From: an uncultured Muribaculaceae bacterium
GTDB taxonomy: Bacteria > Bacteroidota > Bacteroidia > Bacteroidales > Muribaculaceae
Assembly: GCA_964459845.1 (NCBI GenBank)
Contig: CAYWOC010000005.1
Location: forward strand, 23,389 to 87,388
Direction of reading: 5' to 3'
DNA length: 64,000 nt
Under the pieces are notes generated by a model, which saw nothing but the letters and a program-made list of their open reading frames with translations, had not been told where the DNA came from and did not search any database. Shown here one piece after another: positions 20,214-29,087 of the stretch (the first letter of the stretch is position 1; every line of letters starts with the position of its first letter). The translations under genes and the position numbers were made by a program.

Positions 20214-20798
20214 TCACTGCTTCTTTATGCCATTAAGGATAAAGTCTTTGAGATATTCCCTCAATTTCAGCTTCTCGATGCCGAGCTCCGAAAAGTTGTC
20301 GCGGATGTATGACACATCAAGCCCTTGCAGCAACAGTATCATCATCGAAGCCGTCTGATCGACGCTGCTTATTGAAAATACTCCGGAGTTCACGCCTTCA
20401 ATGAGAATCTGCTTCAGTATATTGGCTTCGGCGGCAGTGGTGGATCGGCGCGCTCGGTCCACTTTTCTCACGTCGCGGAAGAACCCGGCGCGCAGCGAGC
20501 CGTTTCGCGTCACCGATTCCTTGGTGGCCTCAAAGCGGGCAAATATAAAATCCATCAATTTCTGCTCGGGAGGAGTGGGAGCATCCACTATAGCCGACAG
20601 GCGTTCAATGATTTTGTCGCTCTCAGTTTTCACGACGGCATTATATATGTCGCGTTTGCTGCGGAAATACGTGTAAATTGTGCGCCGTCCTTTTTCGGAT
20701 GCCGATGCAATGTCGTTCATGGTAGTGTTTTCCACTCCCTTATGAGCGAACAGTTGTCGAGCTATTTCTATAAGTTTGTCCCTTGTCTTTAACACCAT
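20214..20798 (-). CDS. TetR/AcrR family transcriptional regulator
   Basis: The N-terminal HTH is ARQLFAHKGVENTTMNDIASASEKGRRTIYTYFRSK. It lies upstream of fabG on the same strand. Confidence 0.85.
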   Translation of the reverse strand: MVLKTRDKLIEIARQLFAHKGVENTTMNDIASASEKGRRTIYTYFRSKRDIYNAVVKTESDKIIERLSAIVDAPTPPEQKLMDFIFARFEATKESVTRNGSLRAGFFRDVRKVDRARRSTTAAEANILKQILIEGVNSGVFSISSVDQTASMMILLLQGLDVSYIRDNFSELGIEKLKLREYLKDFILNGIKKQ

Positions 20799-20956
20799 TT
20801 ATCGCGTTCTTAATATGCTGAGAATGATAAATGAAGCACACATAAATGCGCACTTCCATTAATTGTGTGCGAATTTACGGAAAATAATCCAACCGAGCAA
20901 ATATTATCGTATAATTACACGGGAGGAATGCGCATCTTCAGCATATTTAGTACGAA

Positions 20957-21370
20957 TTACTCCTCGCCATCGTAGTTGTCGTAATGATCGTAGTTGTCGT
21001 AATCATAGTTGTCGCAAGAAGATGAGTCGCTGTATTCTTGCCATCCGTCATTGTAATCATCGCAGCAGTCGCAATTCTGGCAGTCGTCATAGCCAAGGTC
21101 TTCTGGGGTGAGATTGTCGATGAAAGTGTCCATGTCGCATAAATGAGATTCGTTGTGGTTGCTCCGGCGTGATGATCCACTGCGATTTCCGCTATTGTTT
21201 TGTATATAATACATGCGGTTCCTGATGCGTTGTTCACTGCGTTTTCGGCTATAAGAGGATTGCCTTCCAGCCCTTTGATTTCGTTCTTTGGCACTTAAGG
21301 GTCTGAAGAGTTCGGTTAATATAGCCATTATAGCTATAACTACAAAGAGGATGAAAAAAAATAAAAACAT
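20957..21370 (-). CDS. Hypothetical small membrane-anchored protein with basic middle and Cys/Asp/Tyr-rich acidic repeat tail
   Basis: The 137-aa ORF starts with a TM helix (MFLFFFILFVVIAIMAILTELF), continues with an Arg/Ser-rich segment, and ends with the tail CDCCDDYNDGWQEYSDSSSCDNYDYDNYDHYDNYDGEE. A TAACTTTG -7-type promoter box (minus strand, plus-strand coordinates 21397..21404) lies 27 nt upstream of the ATG. I recognise no family. Confidence 0.45.
   Translation of the reverse strand: MFLFFFILFVVIAIMAILTELFRPLSAKERNQRAGRQSSYSRKRSEQRIRNRMYYIQNNSGNRSGSSRRSNHNESHLCDMDTFIDNLTPEDLGYDDCQNCDCCDDYNDGWQEYSDSSSCDNYDYDNYDHYDNYDGEE
20969..21014 (-). repeat. 18-nt in-frame tandem repeat (about 2.6 copies) inside the acidic tail coding region
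   Basis: The copies are atcgtagttgtcgtaatg, atcgtagttgtcgtaatc and atagttgtcg. On the minus strand they encode (H/D)YDNYD units. Confidence 0.7.
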
Positions 21371-21548
21371 GGCTTAGTAGATTTTATGTTTCTTCACAAA
21401 GTTACATTTAATTTACGATATATGCAATGCTGATGCACAAAACTTGTGCCTGAATGAAAAAGATAAACAAGCAGGTGGGCGATTTTCAGGCAAATAAAAA
21501 GGCAAATTATGGCATTTTTTAGGGTGGATTTTGCCTTTTTCTGGGACT

Positions 21549-21590
21549 TAAAAAATCGGTTGCATCTTGATTACAAAGATGCAACCGATT
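21549..21590 (-). terminator. Rho-independent terminator downstream of tRNA-Leu
   Basis: The perfect 15-bp stem is aatcggttgcatctt / aagatgcaaccgatt with a 7-nt loop. On the minus strand tttttt follows it. A second hairpin (aaaaggcaaa / tttgcctttt) lies at 21497..21539. Confidence 0.6.
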
Positions 21591-21651
21591 GATTACCTTT
21601 GCTTTAACCGCTAAATTTTCTGCTATGCCGAAAATGCTGAGCGGCTATGTG

Positions 21652-21733
21652 TGCGCATGAAGGGACTCGAACCCCCACTCCTCACGGAACTAGATCCTAA
21701 GTCTAGCGCGGCTACCAATTACGCCACATGCGC
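21652..21733 (-). tRNA. tRNA-Leu (anticodon UAG), class II with long variable arm; CCA not encoded
   Basis: The reverse complement folds as a cloverleaf: 7-bp acceptor stem GCGCATG/CATGCGC, 3-bp D stem, anticodon stem CTAGA/TCTAG with loop CTTAGGA (TAG at positions 34-36), variable arm TCC-GTGA-GGA, and T loop TTCGAGT. Confidence 0.9.
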
Positions 21734-21743
21734 AAAAGCAGTG

Positions 21744-21774
21744 CAAAGGTAGGTATTTTTCCTAAACTTGCAAA
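21744..21774 (-). promoter_or_regulatory. Bacteroidota-type promoter for tRNA-Leu (TTTG-N19-TACCTTTG)
   Basis: On the minus strand TTTG maps to plus-strand 21771..21774. A 19-nt spacer follows, then TACCTTTG at plus-strand 21744..21751. The motif ends 11 nt upstream of the tRNA 5' end. It matches the published Bacteroides consensus TTTG / TAnnTTTG. Confidence 0.5.
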
Positions 21775-21827
21775 ATTTTCGAGCATTTTTTTGAATTTAT
21801 CGTTCAAAAAAATAATAAAAACGATTG

Positions 21828-22211
21828 TTATAAGCATCCCAGTACTCTCTGTAAAGTTTCTATCTGGCTGTCCCAAAGACCTGTCATATCTTCTATCTCA
21901 TCGGGCTCGGCGAAATCGGTGACAATAAGGGCTGTGGAGTCGGTGAGTTCTGAAACTTGAATTTTCAGCTCAAAATAGCTGTGGTCGGCGTCATCTTTCC
22001 AGCGGAAGCGTATATACACTCCTGTTCTTGTGCCGAGCAGAGTGGCATCTTGTCCACTGCCGTTCCACAAGAAAGTGTAGCTTTTGCCAGAGTGTTTAAC
22101 CTCATCGGCAAACCACTGCTCCAGCCCATTTGGAGAGGATATGTAGTTCCACAGCAACGCCACAGGCACGCTTTTCATTGCATAGTCTATAGTGAATTTT
22201 TCTTTTGCCAT
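21828..22211 (-). CDS. START-like / SRPBCC superfamily protein
   Basis: The 127-aa sequence (LLWNYISSPNGLEQWFADEV...YTFLWNG...IRFRW) resembles START-like or AHSA1-type small proteins of Bacteroidales. The call is from memory. Confidence 0.55.
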   Translation of the reverse strand: MAKEKFTIDYAMKSVPVALLWNYISSPNGLEQWFADEVKHSGKSYTFLWNGSGQDATLLGTRTGVYIRFRWKDDADHSYFELKIQVSELTDSTALIVTDFAEPDEIEDMTGLWDSQIETLQRVLGCL

Positions 22212-22368
22212 CTCTTCATTTTATTAGTTTTAGTAAGTCAAGATTAATTACGGCACTAAATAAGGTATTTTTTCCATATTGTGCAATATATCTATGGTAT
22301 AAAATTGCACGATAATGAAATTTATCCGAAAACGAAGATAGACTTATTGCTGCATATTCCGTTTTGTC

Positions 22369-23265
22369 TCAGATTTTGTTGTTGAAGAAATAGCTGTGCT
22401 TTGCGATAAGAAAGCCGGTGAGGATAAGGCTTATGACTGCAAGGTGCGGGAAGCTGCCGTCGGCAGGAACGCCAAGATTGTCGAGGCTGCTTCCGATTGC
22501 TCCAGTAGCGAGCAGATAGCTGCTGACTACCACTGCCGAATTATTGATGGCGTGAGCTATTATAGCCGTCCATAATGTGTCGCTCCAATATGTCATATAT
22601 CCGAACAATGCTCCGAGCAACATGCGCGGAACGAAGCCGAAGAACTGGAAGTGAAGCACGCTGAACATTATTGCGACAAACCAGATGCTGATGTGTGCGC
22701 TGATTTTATGGCTGGTGAATATGCCTTGAAGCCCTCCACGGAAGAACATCTCTTCACTGAATCCAGTGAGAACTCCCACAAGCAGCACTCCGCCAAGCAT
22801 CGCCAAGAATGACTCGTGATGCAGGAACATTTCGGTCACCTCTTGTGCGGCTTGTTCGGTGGCTCGCATCCATTGCTCTATTGCCTGCATCGATTCGGGC
22901 AGCGATATGCTTGAGTTCCATGCTACTATGTAGTTCATTGCCGGCATTGATATGACAAAGGTCAATAGGGTGAACAGCACAGCTTCCCATGAAGGTGCGG
23001 TGTTGAGCTTCAGAAATGTGGCGGGACGATTGGTGATAACCCTCGCTGTGATGAATGCCGGCAGAAGGAACACGAGCAGGTCTTGTATAATCATCGACAG
23101 GCTTATTGTGGTCTTGATATCAGCCGAATAAATATTTGCCACATAGCTGACCAATCCTGATATTAGAGATGCGGCAATCAAGCCTACGAAGAATGATGAC
23201 CATATTACCAATTGGCGTATGTTGAACGACTTGCGGTCGAAGATGTTGGGACTTTTTACTTCCAT
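22369..23265 (-). CDS. CPBP family intramembrane glutamic endopeptidase (CAAX protease-like)
   Basis: It is a polytopic membrane protein with the CPBP motifs FSEEMFFRGGLQ (EExxxR), FSVLHF and IIAHAINN. Confidence 0.85.
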   Translation of the reverse strand: MEVKSPNIFDRKSFNIRQLVIWSSFFVGLIAASLISGLVSYVANIYSADIKTTISLSMIIQDLLVFLLPAFITARVITNRPATFLKLNTAPSWEAVLFTLLTFVISMPAMNYIVAWNSSISLPESMQAIEQWMRATEQAAQEVTEMFLHHESFLAMLGGVLLVGVLTGFSEEMFFRGGLQGIFTSHKISAHISIWFVAIMFSVLHFQFFGFVPRMLLGALFGYMTYWSDTLWTAIIAHAINNSAVVVSSYLLATGAIGSSLDNLGVPADGSFPHLAVISLILTGFLIAKHSYFFNNKI

Positions 23266-23387
23266 ATTTGTGTGTATTGTGAAAAAATCAAAAATTTGGC
23301 AGCAAAATTAAACAAAATCCTCGTAAATAGGTCTTAAATAATAAATATAATTATTAGATTTGCGAAAGAAAACCAAAAATTAAGATT

Positions 23388-23999
23388 ATGAAGAAATATT
23401 TATTCTTTATGTTGTTTTGTTTCGGCTTGGCAAATTTTTCGTCACAGGCGCAAACTATAGAACAAGTGACTAATGTGCCAAAGAATGAAACTAAGGCCGA
23501 GAAGAAAGCGAGAGAGAAGAAGATGCAGGCTATCGCCGATTCGGTGGCATTCGTTGAAGCAAATAATGCCATTGATGCCAATTATTTTGTGATTACCGCC
23601 GATAAAATATCGCTCGGCAATGAGGGGTATATGTATATGACACCCGAGGGCAGCACCAATTTCATTCTTGTGCAGGGTGACAAGGCCACTGTGCAGCTTG
23701 CGTTCAATAATGGACATCTCGGAGCTAATGGGCTTGGTGGCATCACAGTGGAAGGCACGGCATACGGAATGAAGAAAAAGATTTCAAAGAAAGGCGACAT
23801 CGAATACAGCTTCAATGTGAATGGCGCAGGAATATCGGCACAAGTGAGCATCACAGTCTATAAGAACAGCAACAAGACTATGGCGTATGTCAGCCCGAAT
23901 CTGAATTCAGAGCGAATGATTGTGTATGGCCCGCTGATTCCTTATCGCCAGGGCAAAAATAATAAAGTGCATATGTTTAAGGGCTCAACATTGCCTTGA
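23388..23999 (+). CDS. DUF4251-like secreted protein
   Basis: It has a signal peptide. The blocks FVITADKISLGNEG, GDKATVQLAFNNGHLGANGLGGITVEG and GAGISAQVSITV match my recollection of the DUF4251 family pattern. Confidence 0.6.
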   Translation: MKKYLFFMLFCFGLANFSSQAQTIEQVTNVPKNETKAEKKAREKKMQAIADSVAFVEANNAIDANYFVITADKISLGNEGYMYMTPEGSTNFILVQGDKATVQLAFNNGHLGANGLGGITVEGTAYGMKKKISKKGDIEYSFNVNGAGISAQVSITVYKNSNKTMAYVSPNLNSERMIVYGPLIPYRQGKNNKVHMFKGSTLP

Positions 24000-24067
24000 T
24001 GCATACGTCGTTGCTCATACGTCTGAATATGTAAATTTTGTTTTTTTCATGACAATTATTTGATGAG

Positions 24068-24109
24068 CCGCCGCGCGAATATCTCAGGATTTTGCGCGGC
24101 GGATTTTTT
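24068..24109 (+). terminator. Rho-independent terminator after the DUF4251-like gene
   Basis: The perfect 9-bp GC-rich stem is ccgccgcgc / gcgcggcgg. tttttt follows after one intervening a. Confidence 0.65.
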
Positions 24110-24123
24110 GTCGGTTTATGTTG

Positions 24124-26142
24124 CTATTCGGTTGGGGTCAGCATTTTCAAGAAATCATCTTCATTCATGATGGGGATGCCGAGCTTGTTGGCTTTTTCGA
24201 GCTTCGCAGGTCCCATGTTTTCACCGGCAAGTATAAAGTCGGTCTTTGAGGATATTGAGCCTACGTTTTTGCCGCTGTTTTTCTCAATCATCTTCTTGTA
24301 TTCTTCACGGGAGTGCTTTGCAAACACACCGCTAATCACTATCGACTTTCCGGCAAGGATGTCGCTCACATTTTCGACATACTCGGCAGACACTGCCATC
24401 TGTAGCCCTGCGGCACGCAGTCGTTCCACGATTTCGCGGTTGTTTTGGTCGCTGAAGTATGCCACTACGCTTTCGGCAATCTTTGAGCCGATTTCGTCGA
24501 TGGCGGCAAGTTGCAGCTCGTTCATATTCATCAGTGTGTCTATGTTCTTGCAGGCGAAAGCCAGCTTTTTAGCCACAGTCTCGCCGACGTAGGGGATTGA
24601 CAGTGCGAAAACCACACGCTCAAAAGGAACGTCGAGCGAGTCTTTTATTCCCTTCATGATGCGCTGTGCCGAGCGTATCTTGAAGCGGTCGAGTGTCAGC
24701 AGACGGTCGATTGTGAGGTCATAGATATCGGCTATGTTTTTCACAAGTCCTGTGGCATATAGCTGCTCGGCAAGCTCCTCGCCTATGCCGTCGATGTTCA
24801 TCATGTGGCGGCCCACGAAATGCTCAATCTTGCCCGTAATCTGAGGCCGGCAGCTCTCTTTATTCGGGCATACCCATGCGGCTTCGCCCTCAACTCGGGT
24901 GAGTTTTGTGCCGCACACTGGGCAGACTCTCGCAAATTCTATTGGCTTGCTGCCGCTGATGCGGCTTTTCACGTCCACACCCACAATCTTGGGTATTATC
25001 TCGCCGCCTTTCTCCACATAAAGCATATCGCCGTCGTGAATGTCGAGTGAGCGTATTATGTCTTCGTTGTGCAGCGATGCGCGCTTCACTATCGTACCCG
25101 ACAGCAGCACAGGGTCGAGGTTGGCTACAGGGGTTATGACACCGGTTCTGCCCACTTCAAACGACACATATTGCAACTTTGTGCATGCACGCTCGGCTTG
25201 GAACTTATAGGCGATAGCCCAGCGTGGCGACTTGGCGGTTGAGCCGAGGTTCAGTTGCTGGCGCAGGGAATTGATTTTGAATACAAGACCGTCGGTTGCC
25301 ACTGGCAGGTGCTTGCGCTCCTTGTCCCAGTAAGCAATGAAGTCGCTCACTGCATCGATTGATGGCAGCTTGGTCATGGCTTCCGACACCTTGAAGCCCC
25401 ATGATTTCACTGCCATCATGTTGTCGTAGTGATTGTCGCAAGGAAGGTCGTCGCCAAGCAGATAATAGAAGTATGCGTCAAGATTGCGTCGAGCCACTTC
25501 GGCTGAGTTTTGCAACTTCAGAGTGCCGGATGCGGCATTTCGTGGATTGGCAAACAGCGGCTCCTCGTTGTAGGCGCGTTCCTCGTTGAGCGCGTCGAAT
25601 ACTTTCCAAGGCATCAGAATCTCGCCTCGTACCTCAAATTTGTCGGGATAGTTGCTCCCTGGCTGGAGCTGCAGTGGAATGCTCTTTATGGTGAGTACAT
25701 TCTGCGTGACATCATCGCCGCGCACGCCGTCGCCACGCGTCACGGCACGCACCAGTCGTCCATGCTCATAGGTCAGCGAGATGGAAGTGCCGTCGAATTT
25801 CATTTCGCCCACGATTTGGCAGTCTTCGCCGTTAAGCCCATTTTTTGCGCGGCGCAGGAAGTCCTCCACCTCATCAATGGAATAGGAGTTGCCGAGCGAC
25901 ATCATGGGCCGCTCGTGTGTAATCTGCGTAAAAGCCTTGTTTATGTCGCTGCCCACACGCTGAGTGGGGGAGTAGGGGTCGGAATATTCTGGGTGAGCGT
26001 CCTCAAGGTCTTGAAGCTCACGCAGCTTTTCGTCAAATTCCTTGTCGGAAATTGTGGGTGCATTAAGCACATAGTAATTATAGTTGTGGCGGTTTAGCTC
26101 GCTCCGCAAGTCGTCAATCCGCTGTTTGAAAATATCTGCCAT
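24124..26142 (-). CDS. ligA: NAD+-dependent DNA ligase
   Basis: The adenylation motif EMKFDG is present. It also has a Zn-finger ([25 protein letters not shown]), an HhH region and a C-terminal BRCT region ([10 protein letters not shown]...). The length is 672 aa. Confidence 0.95.
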   Translation of the reverse strand: MADIFKQRIDDLRSELNRHNYNYYVLNAPTISDKEFDEKLRELQDLEDAHPEYSDPYSPTQRVGSDINKAFTQITHERPMMSLGNSYSIDEVEDFLRRAKNGLNGEDCQIVGEMKFDGTSISLTYEHGRLVRAVTRGDGVRGDDVTQNVLTIKSIPLQLQPGSNYPDKFEVRGEILMPWKVFDALNEERAYNEEPLFANPRNAASGTLKLQNSAEVARRNLDAYFYYLLGDDLPCDNHYDNMMAVKSWGFKVSEAMTKLPSIDAVSDFIAYWDKERKHLPVATDGLVFKINSLRQQLNLGSTAKSPRWAIAYKFQAERACTKLQYVSFEVGRTGVITPVANLDPVLLSGTIVKRASLHNEDIIRSLDIHDGDMLYVEKGGEIIPKIVGVDVKSRISGSKPIEFARVCPVCGTKLTRVEGEAAWVCPNKESCRPQITGKIEHFVGRHMMNIDGIGEELAEQLYATGLVKNIADIYDLTIDRLLTLDRFKIRSAQRIMKGIKDSLDVPFERVVFALSIPYVGETVAKKLAFACKNIDTLMNMNELQLAAIDEIGSKIAESVVAYFSDQNNREIVERLRAAGLQMAVSAEYVENVSDILAGKSIVISGVFAKHSREEYKKMIEKNSGKNVGSISSKTDFILAGENMGPAKLEKANKLGIPIMNEDDFLKMLTPTE

Positions 26143-26349
26143 ATCAGTGTGAATAAAATAACACTGCTAAGTTACTAAAAGAAAATAAAATCAGAAAATG
26201 GCACATGATAAAAGTTGTGACAAAATCTGATTGCAAATTGTGTGTCCACATTCATAAAAGTCGCCCAAGAAATAGAAGCGATGAAAAGAGCAACGAACCA
26301 TAGCTGAAAAAATAAGAAGTTTAGCAAAAATAGGTGTGATGGGGCGGGG

Positions 26350-26823
26350 TTATTCGTGGTGGTATGGCTCATGGTTGATGATGGTCATGGCGCGGTATAA
26401 TTGCTCAGTGAAGATGAGGCGTATCATCTCGTGCGAGAAAGTCATCTTCGACAGTGATATCTTTTCGTTGGCGCGGTCATATACTTCTTGCGAGAAACCG
26501 TAGGGACCTCCCACTATAAATACCAGCCTCTTTGGCACACTCGCCATCTTCTTTTCAATATATTTGGAGAACTCCACCGACGTAAATTCCTTGCCATGCT
26601 CGTCGAGGAGAACAACATAGTCGGACCGGTCGAGCGAGGCAAGTATGTTCTGTCCTTCAAGTTGCTTTTGCTGCTGCTCGGTGAGTTTGCGTGTGTTTTT
26701 CACATCGCTAATATACTGTATGTTGAACGGCAGATAGAACGATGTGCGCTTGGCGTATTCGTCGATACCCACGTTAAGAAATGAGTTGTTTATCTTTCCT
26801 ACAACGGCAAGAGTAATTTTCAT
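26350..26823 (-). CDS. rlmH: 23S rRNA (pseudouridine1915-N3)-methyltransferase
   Basis: It is a 157-aa SPOUT protein with the typical RlmH start MKITLAVVGK. The blocks LDEHGKEFTSVEFS, FIVGGPYG and LSKMTFSH are also present. Confidence 0.9.
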   Translation of the reverse strand: MKITLAVVGKINNSFLNVGIDEYAKRTSFYLPFNIQYISDVKNTRKLTEQQQKQLEGQNILASLDRSDYVVLLDEHGKEFTSVEFSKYIEKKMASVPKRLVFIVGGPYGFSQEVYDRANEKISLSKMTFSHEMIRLIFTEQLYRAMTIINHEPYHHE

Positions 26824-26835
26824 CGCAGATTATAG

Positions 26836-26865
26836 TTTGAATTATTGAATTTATTGCTATATTTG
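26836..26865 (+). promoter_or_regulatory. Candidate promoter for nadC (TTTG-N18-TATATTTG)
   Basis: TTTG lies at 26836..26839 and TATATTTG at 26858..26865, about 60 nt upstream of the nadC ATG. The spacer is 1 nt shorter than the usual 19-21. Confidence 0.3.
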
Positions 26866-26924
26866 TACAATATGAGCTGCTATGCACATATTGCAGACGT
26901 AAAGATAATACAAATTTTATATAT

Positions 26925-27773
26925 ATGAAGACAAAAGACGAATTAATTGATGAGTTGCTTGACCTTGCATTTGCTGAGGATATAGGCGATGGCGACCACA
27001 CAACGCTGTGCTGTATTCCCGAAGACGAAGTTGGCAAGTCGCAGCTTATTGTTAAGGAAGAGGGCATTCTTGCCGGTGTAGATATTGCAATGAAGGTGTT
27101 CAAGAAGTTTGACCCGGAGTTGAAAGCCACGGTGTTCATCCACGACGGTGCGCAAGTGAAACCTGGCGATATAGCATTTGTGGTGGAAGGGAAGGTGCGC
27201 TCGCTGCTTCAGACAGAGCGATTGATGCTCAACATTATGCAGCGCATGAGTGGCATAGCCACCGTCACCCACAAATATATGGAAGAGTTGAAGGGGCTGA
27301 AGACTAAAGTGCTTGACACCCGCAAGACCACTCCGGGAATGCGTATGCTTGAGAAAGAGGCTGTGAAGATAGGCGGCGGAGTGAACCACCGCATCGGCTT
27401 GTTTGACATGATTCTTCTCAAAGACAACCATGTGGATTTCGCAGGAGGAATAGCCAATGCCATAAATAAGGCAAAGGAATATATCAAGAAGAACAGCAAG
27501 AACCTCAAAATCGAAATCGAGGTGCGCAATCTTGACGAGCTGAAGCAGGTGATGGAGATTGGCGGCGTGGACCGCATTATGCTCGACAATTTCACTCCAG
27601 AATTGACGCGTGAGGCTGTGAAGATGATTGACGGCAAATATGAGACTGAATCATCGGGCGGCATAACATTCGCCACACTGCGCAAATATGGCGAATGTGG
27701 CGTAGATTACATTTCGGTAGGGGCTTTGACCCATTCAGTTAAAGGTCTTGACATGAGCTTCAAGGCTTGCTAA
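26925..27773 (+). CDS. nadC: Nicotinate-nucleotide diphosphorylase (carboxylating), quinolinate phosphoribosyltransferase
   Basis: The N-terminus has the typical ALAEDIGDGDHT-like motif (AFAEDIGDGDHTT). The blocks TERLMLNIMQRMSGIAT, DTRKTTPG, KDNH and SSGGIT are present. Confidence 0.9.
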   Translation: MKTKDELIDELLDLAFAEDIGDGDHTTLCCIPEDEVGKSQLIVKEEGILAGVDIAMKVFKKFDPELKATVFIHDGAQVKPGDIAFVVEGKVRSLLQTERLMLNIMQRMSGIATVTHKYMEELKGLKTKVLDTRKTTPGMRMLEKEAVKIGGGVNHRIGLFDMILLKDNHVDFAGGIANAINKAKEYIKKNSKNLKIEIEVRNLDELKQVMEIGGVDRIMLDNFTPELTREAVKMIDGKYETESSGGITFATLRKYGECGVDYISVGALTHSVKGLDMSFKAC

Positions 27774-28450
27774 TCATCAAGCAAGCTGAGTAAATCAGAT
27801 ATGCGGAAGTCGGCAAATGAATCAATGATTCTGTCGGCTTCCGTGTTTTTTATCTCATCGGGGAATGTGGTGGTGAGTGCAACAACTTTGGCTCCTGATG
27901 CGATGCCGGCATCGACACCATAAATAGAGTCTTCAAACACCACGCAGCGCGAGGCTGGCACACCTATCATTTCAGCCCCCTTGATGAAACATTCGGGATG
28001 TGGCTTGGAATGGCTCACCATCTCGCCGGTGACTATGCCGCTGAAATAGCCTTTCAGTGCCGGGTGCTGTGCGAACAGGCGATCCATCTTCGATTGTCCG
28101 CTACTTGTCACTATCGCACAAGGGACGTGTGCCGCACGAAGATCATCAAGAAAGCGTTGAGCATCGGGGAAAATGTCGTATGTCATGGTCTTTTCAAATG
28201 CGGCAAGCTCTTTGAGAATTGCTGCTTTTTTGCTCTCGTCGGTATAATGGCTCATGATTGACGACAAGTTGGTGCCTTTGATTTTTGTGGTGAAATTCGG
28301 TATGCCAGAAGGATATTTAGCCTCCATATCCTCCCAAAATACCGTATATCGGGTTTCGGAATCGATAATCACTCCGTCCAAGTCAAATAGAACGCCAATA
28401 TTTTTATTTTCCTCCATATATGTGTTGTAGTGTATGTTTGTTTTGAACAT
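27770..28450 (-). CDS. HAD-superfamily hydrolase (beta-phosphoglucomutase/phosphatase-like, subfamily IA)
   Basis: HAD motif I is FDLDGVIIDSE, motif II is VTSS, and motif IV is FEDSIYGVDAG. An alternative start is M12 at 28417. The stop codon overlaps the nadC stop. Confidence 0.8.
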   Translation of the reverse strand: MFKTNIHYNTYMEENKNIGVLFDLDGVIIDSETRYTVFWEDMEAKYPSGIPNFTTKIKGTNLSSIMSHYTDESKKAAILKELAAFEKTMTYDIFPDAQRFLDDLRAAHVPCAIVTSSGQSKMDRLFAQHPALKGYFSGIVTGEMVSHSKPHPECFIKGAEMIGVPASRCVVFEDSIYGVDAGIASGAKVVALTTTFPDEIKNTEADRIIDSFADFRISDLLSLLDD

Positions 28451-28528
28451 TTCTGCAGAGAGATGCAGCCTATCGTTTGCAAAAGTAAGAAAAAAGCGGC
28501 ATCTCGGGCGAATAAAAGCAATTGAAAT

Positions 28529-28560
28529 TTTGCAGATAATGGGTTAATGTTGTAAATTTG
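28529..28560 (+). promoter_or_regulatory. Bacteroidota-type promoter (TTTG-N20-TAAATTTG) for the downstream small membrane protein
   Basis: TTTG lies at 28529..28532. A 20-nt spacer follows, then TAAATTTG at 28553..28560, 33 nt upstream of ATG 28594. Confidence 0.45.
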
Positions 28561-28593
28561 TTATAGAAATGTGAAGAAAAATCAGGTCTATTT

Positions 28594-29073
28594 ATGAGAG
28601 ATGAAGTGAAAATTTACTGGTCGATGAAGAAAATCATCATAATGTCGTGCATAAGTATTGTATTTGGAGTGGGAGCTGCATGGATGTTGTGTGATGACAA
28701 TCTTGGCATTATAGAAACGATTGCCGCATGGGGCGGCTTATTGCTGTTTGGCATTGGCGGCTTGTTTGTGCTTGTGGTTAATGTTCCCAATTTCATCGGC
28801 CGCCGAGCTGCCATCACGATATGCGATGACCATGTGACTGTGGGGTATAGGAATTACTTTTTGAAATATATTGCTAAGGAATATCCGTATAGCGAACTTG
28901 AGAAGTTCAGCATTGTTGATATTTATGACGTGAAAATCATTGAAGCACAGACAAAATCGCAAGGTGCGCCAATACGAATACCTACTGACAACCTTTTGAT
29001 GAAGCCTGGTGAAATATGCGACCTGCTCAATGAGAGACTGAGCAGCTATAAATCACGTCACAAAGCATATTGA
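28594..29073 (+). CDS. Hypothetical small membrane protein (two N-terminal TM helices plus soluble C-terminal domain)
   Basis: The 159-aa ORF has hydrophobic segments IIIMSCISIVFGVGAAWML and AAWGGLLLFGIGGLFVLVV. A good consensus promoter lies immediately upstream. The family is uncertain; the architecture is reminiscent of STM3941/bPH-type proteins. An alternative start is at 28624. Confidence 0.5.
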   Translation: MRDEVKIYWSMKKIIIMSCISIVFGVGAAWMLCDDNLGIIETIAAWGGLLLFGIGGLFVLVVNVPNFIGRRAAITICDDHVTVGYRNYFLKYIAKEYPYSELEKFSIVDIYDVKIIEAQTKSQGAPIRIPTDNLLMKPGEICDLLNERLSSYKSRHKAY

Positions 29074-29087
29074 TGCGAAGCTGCACA

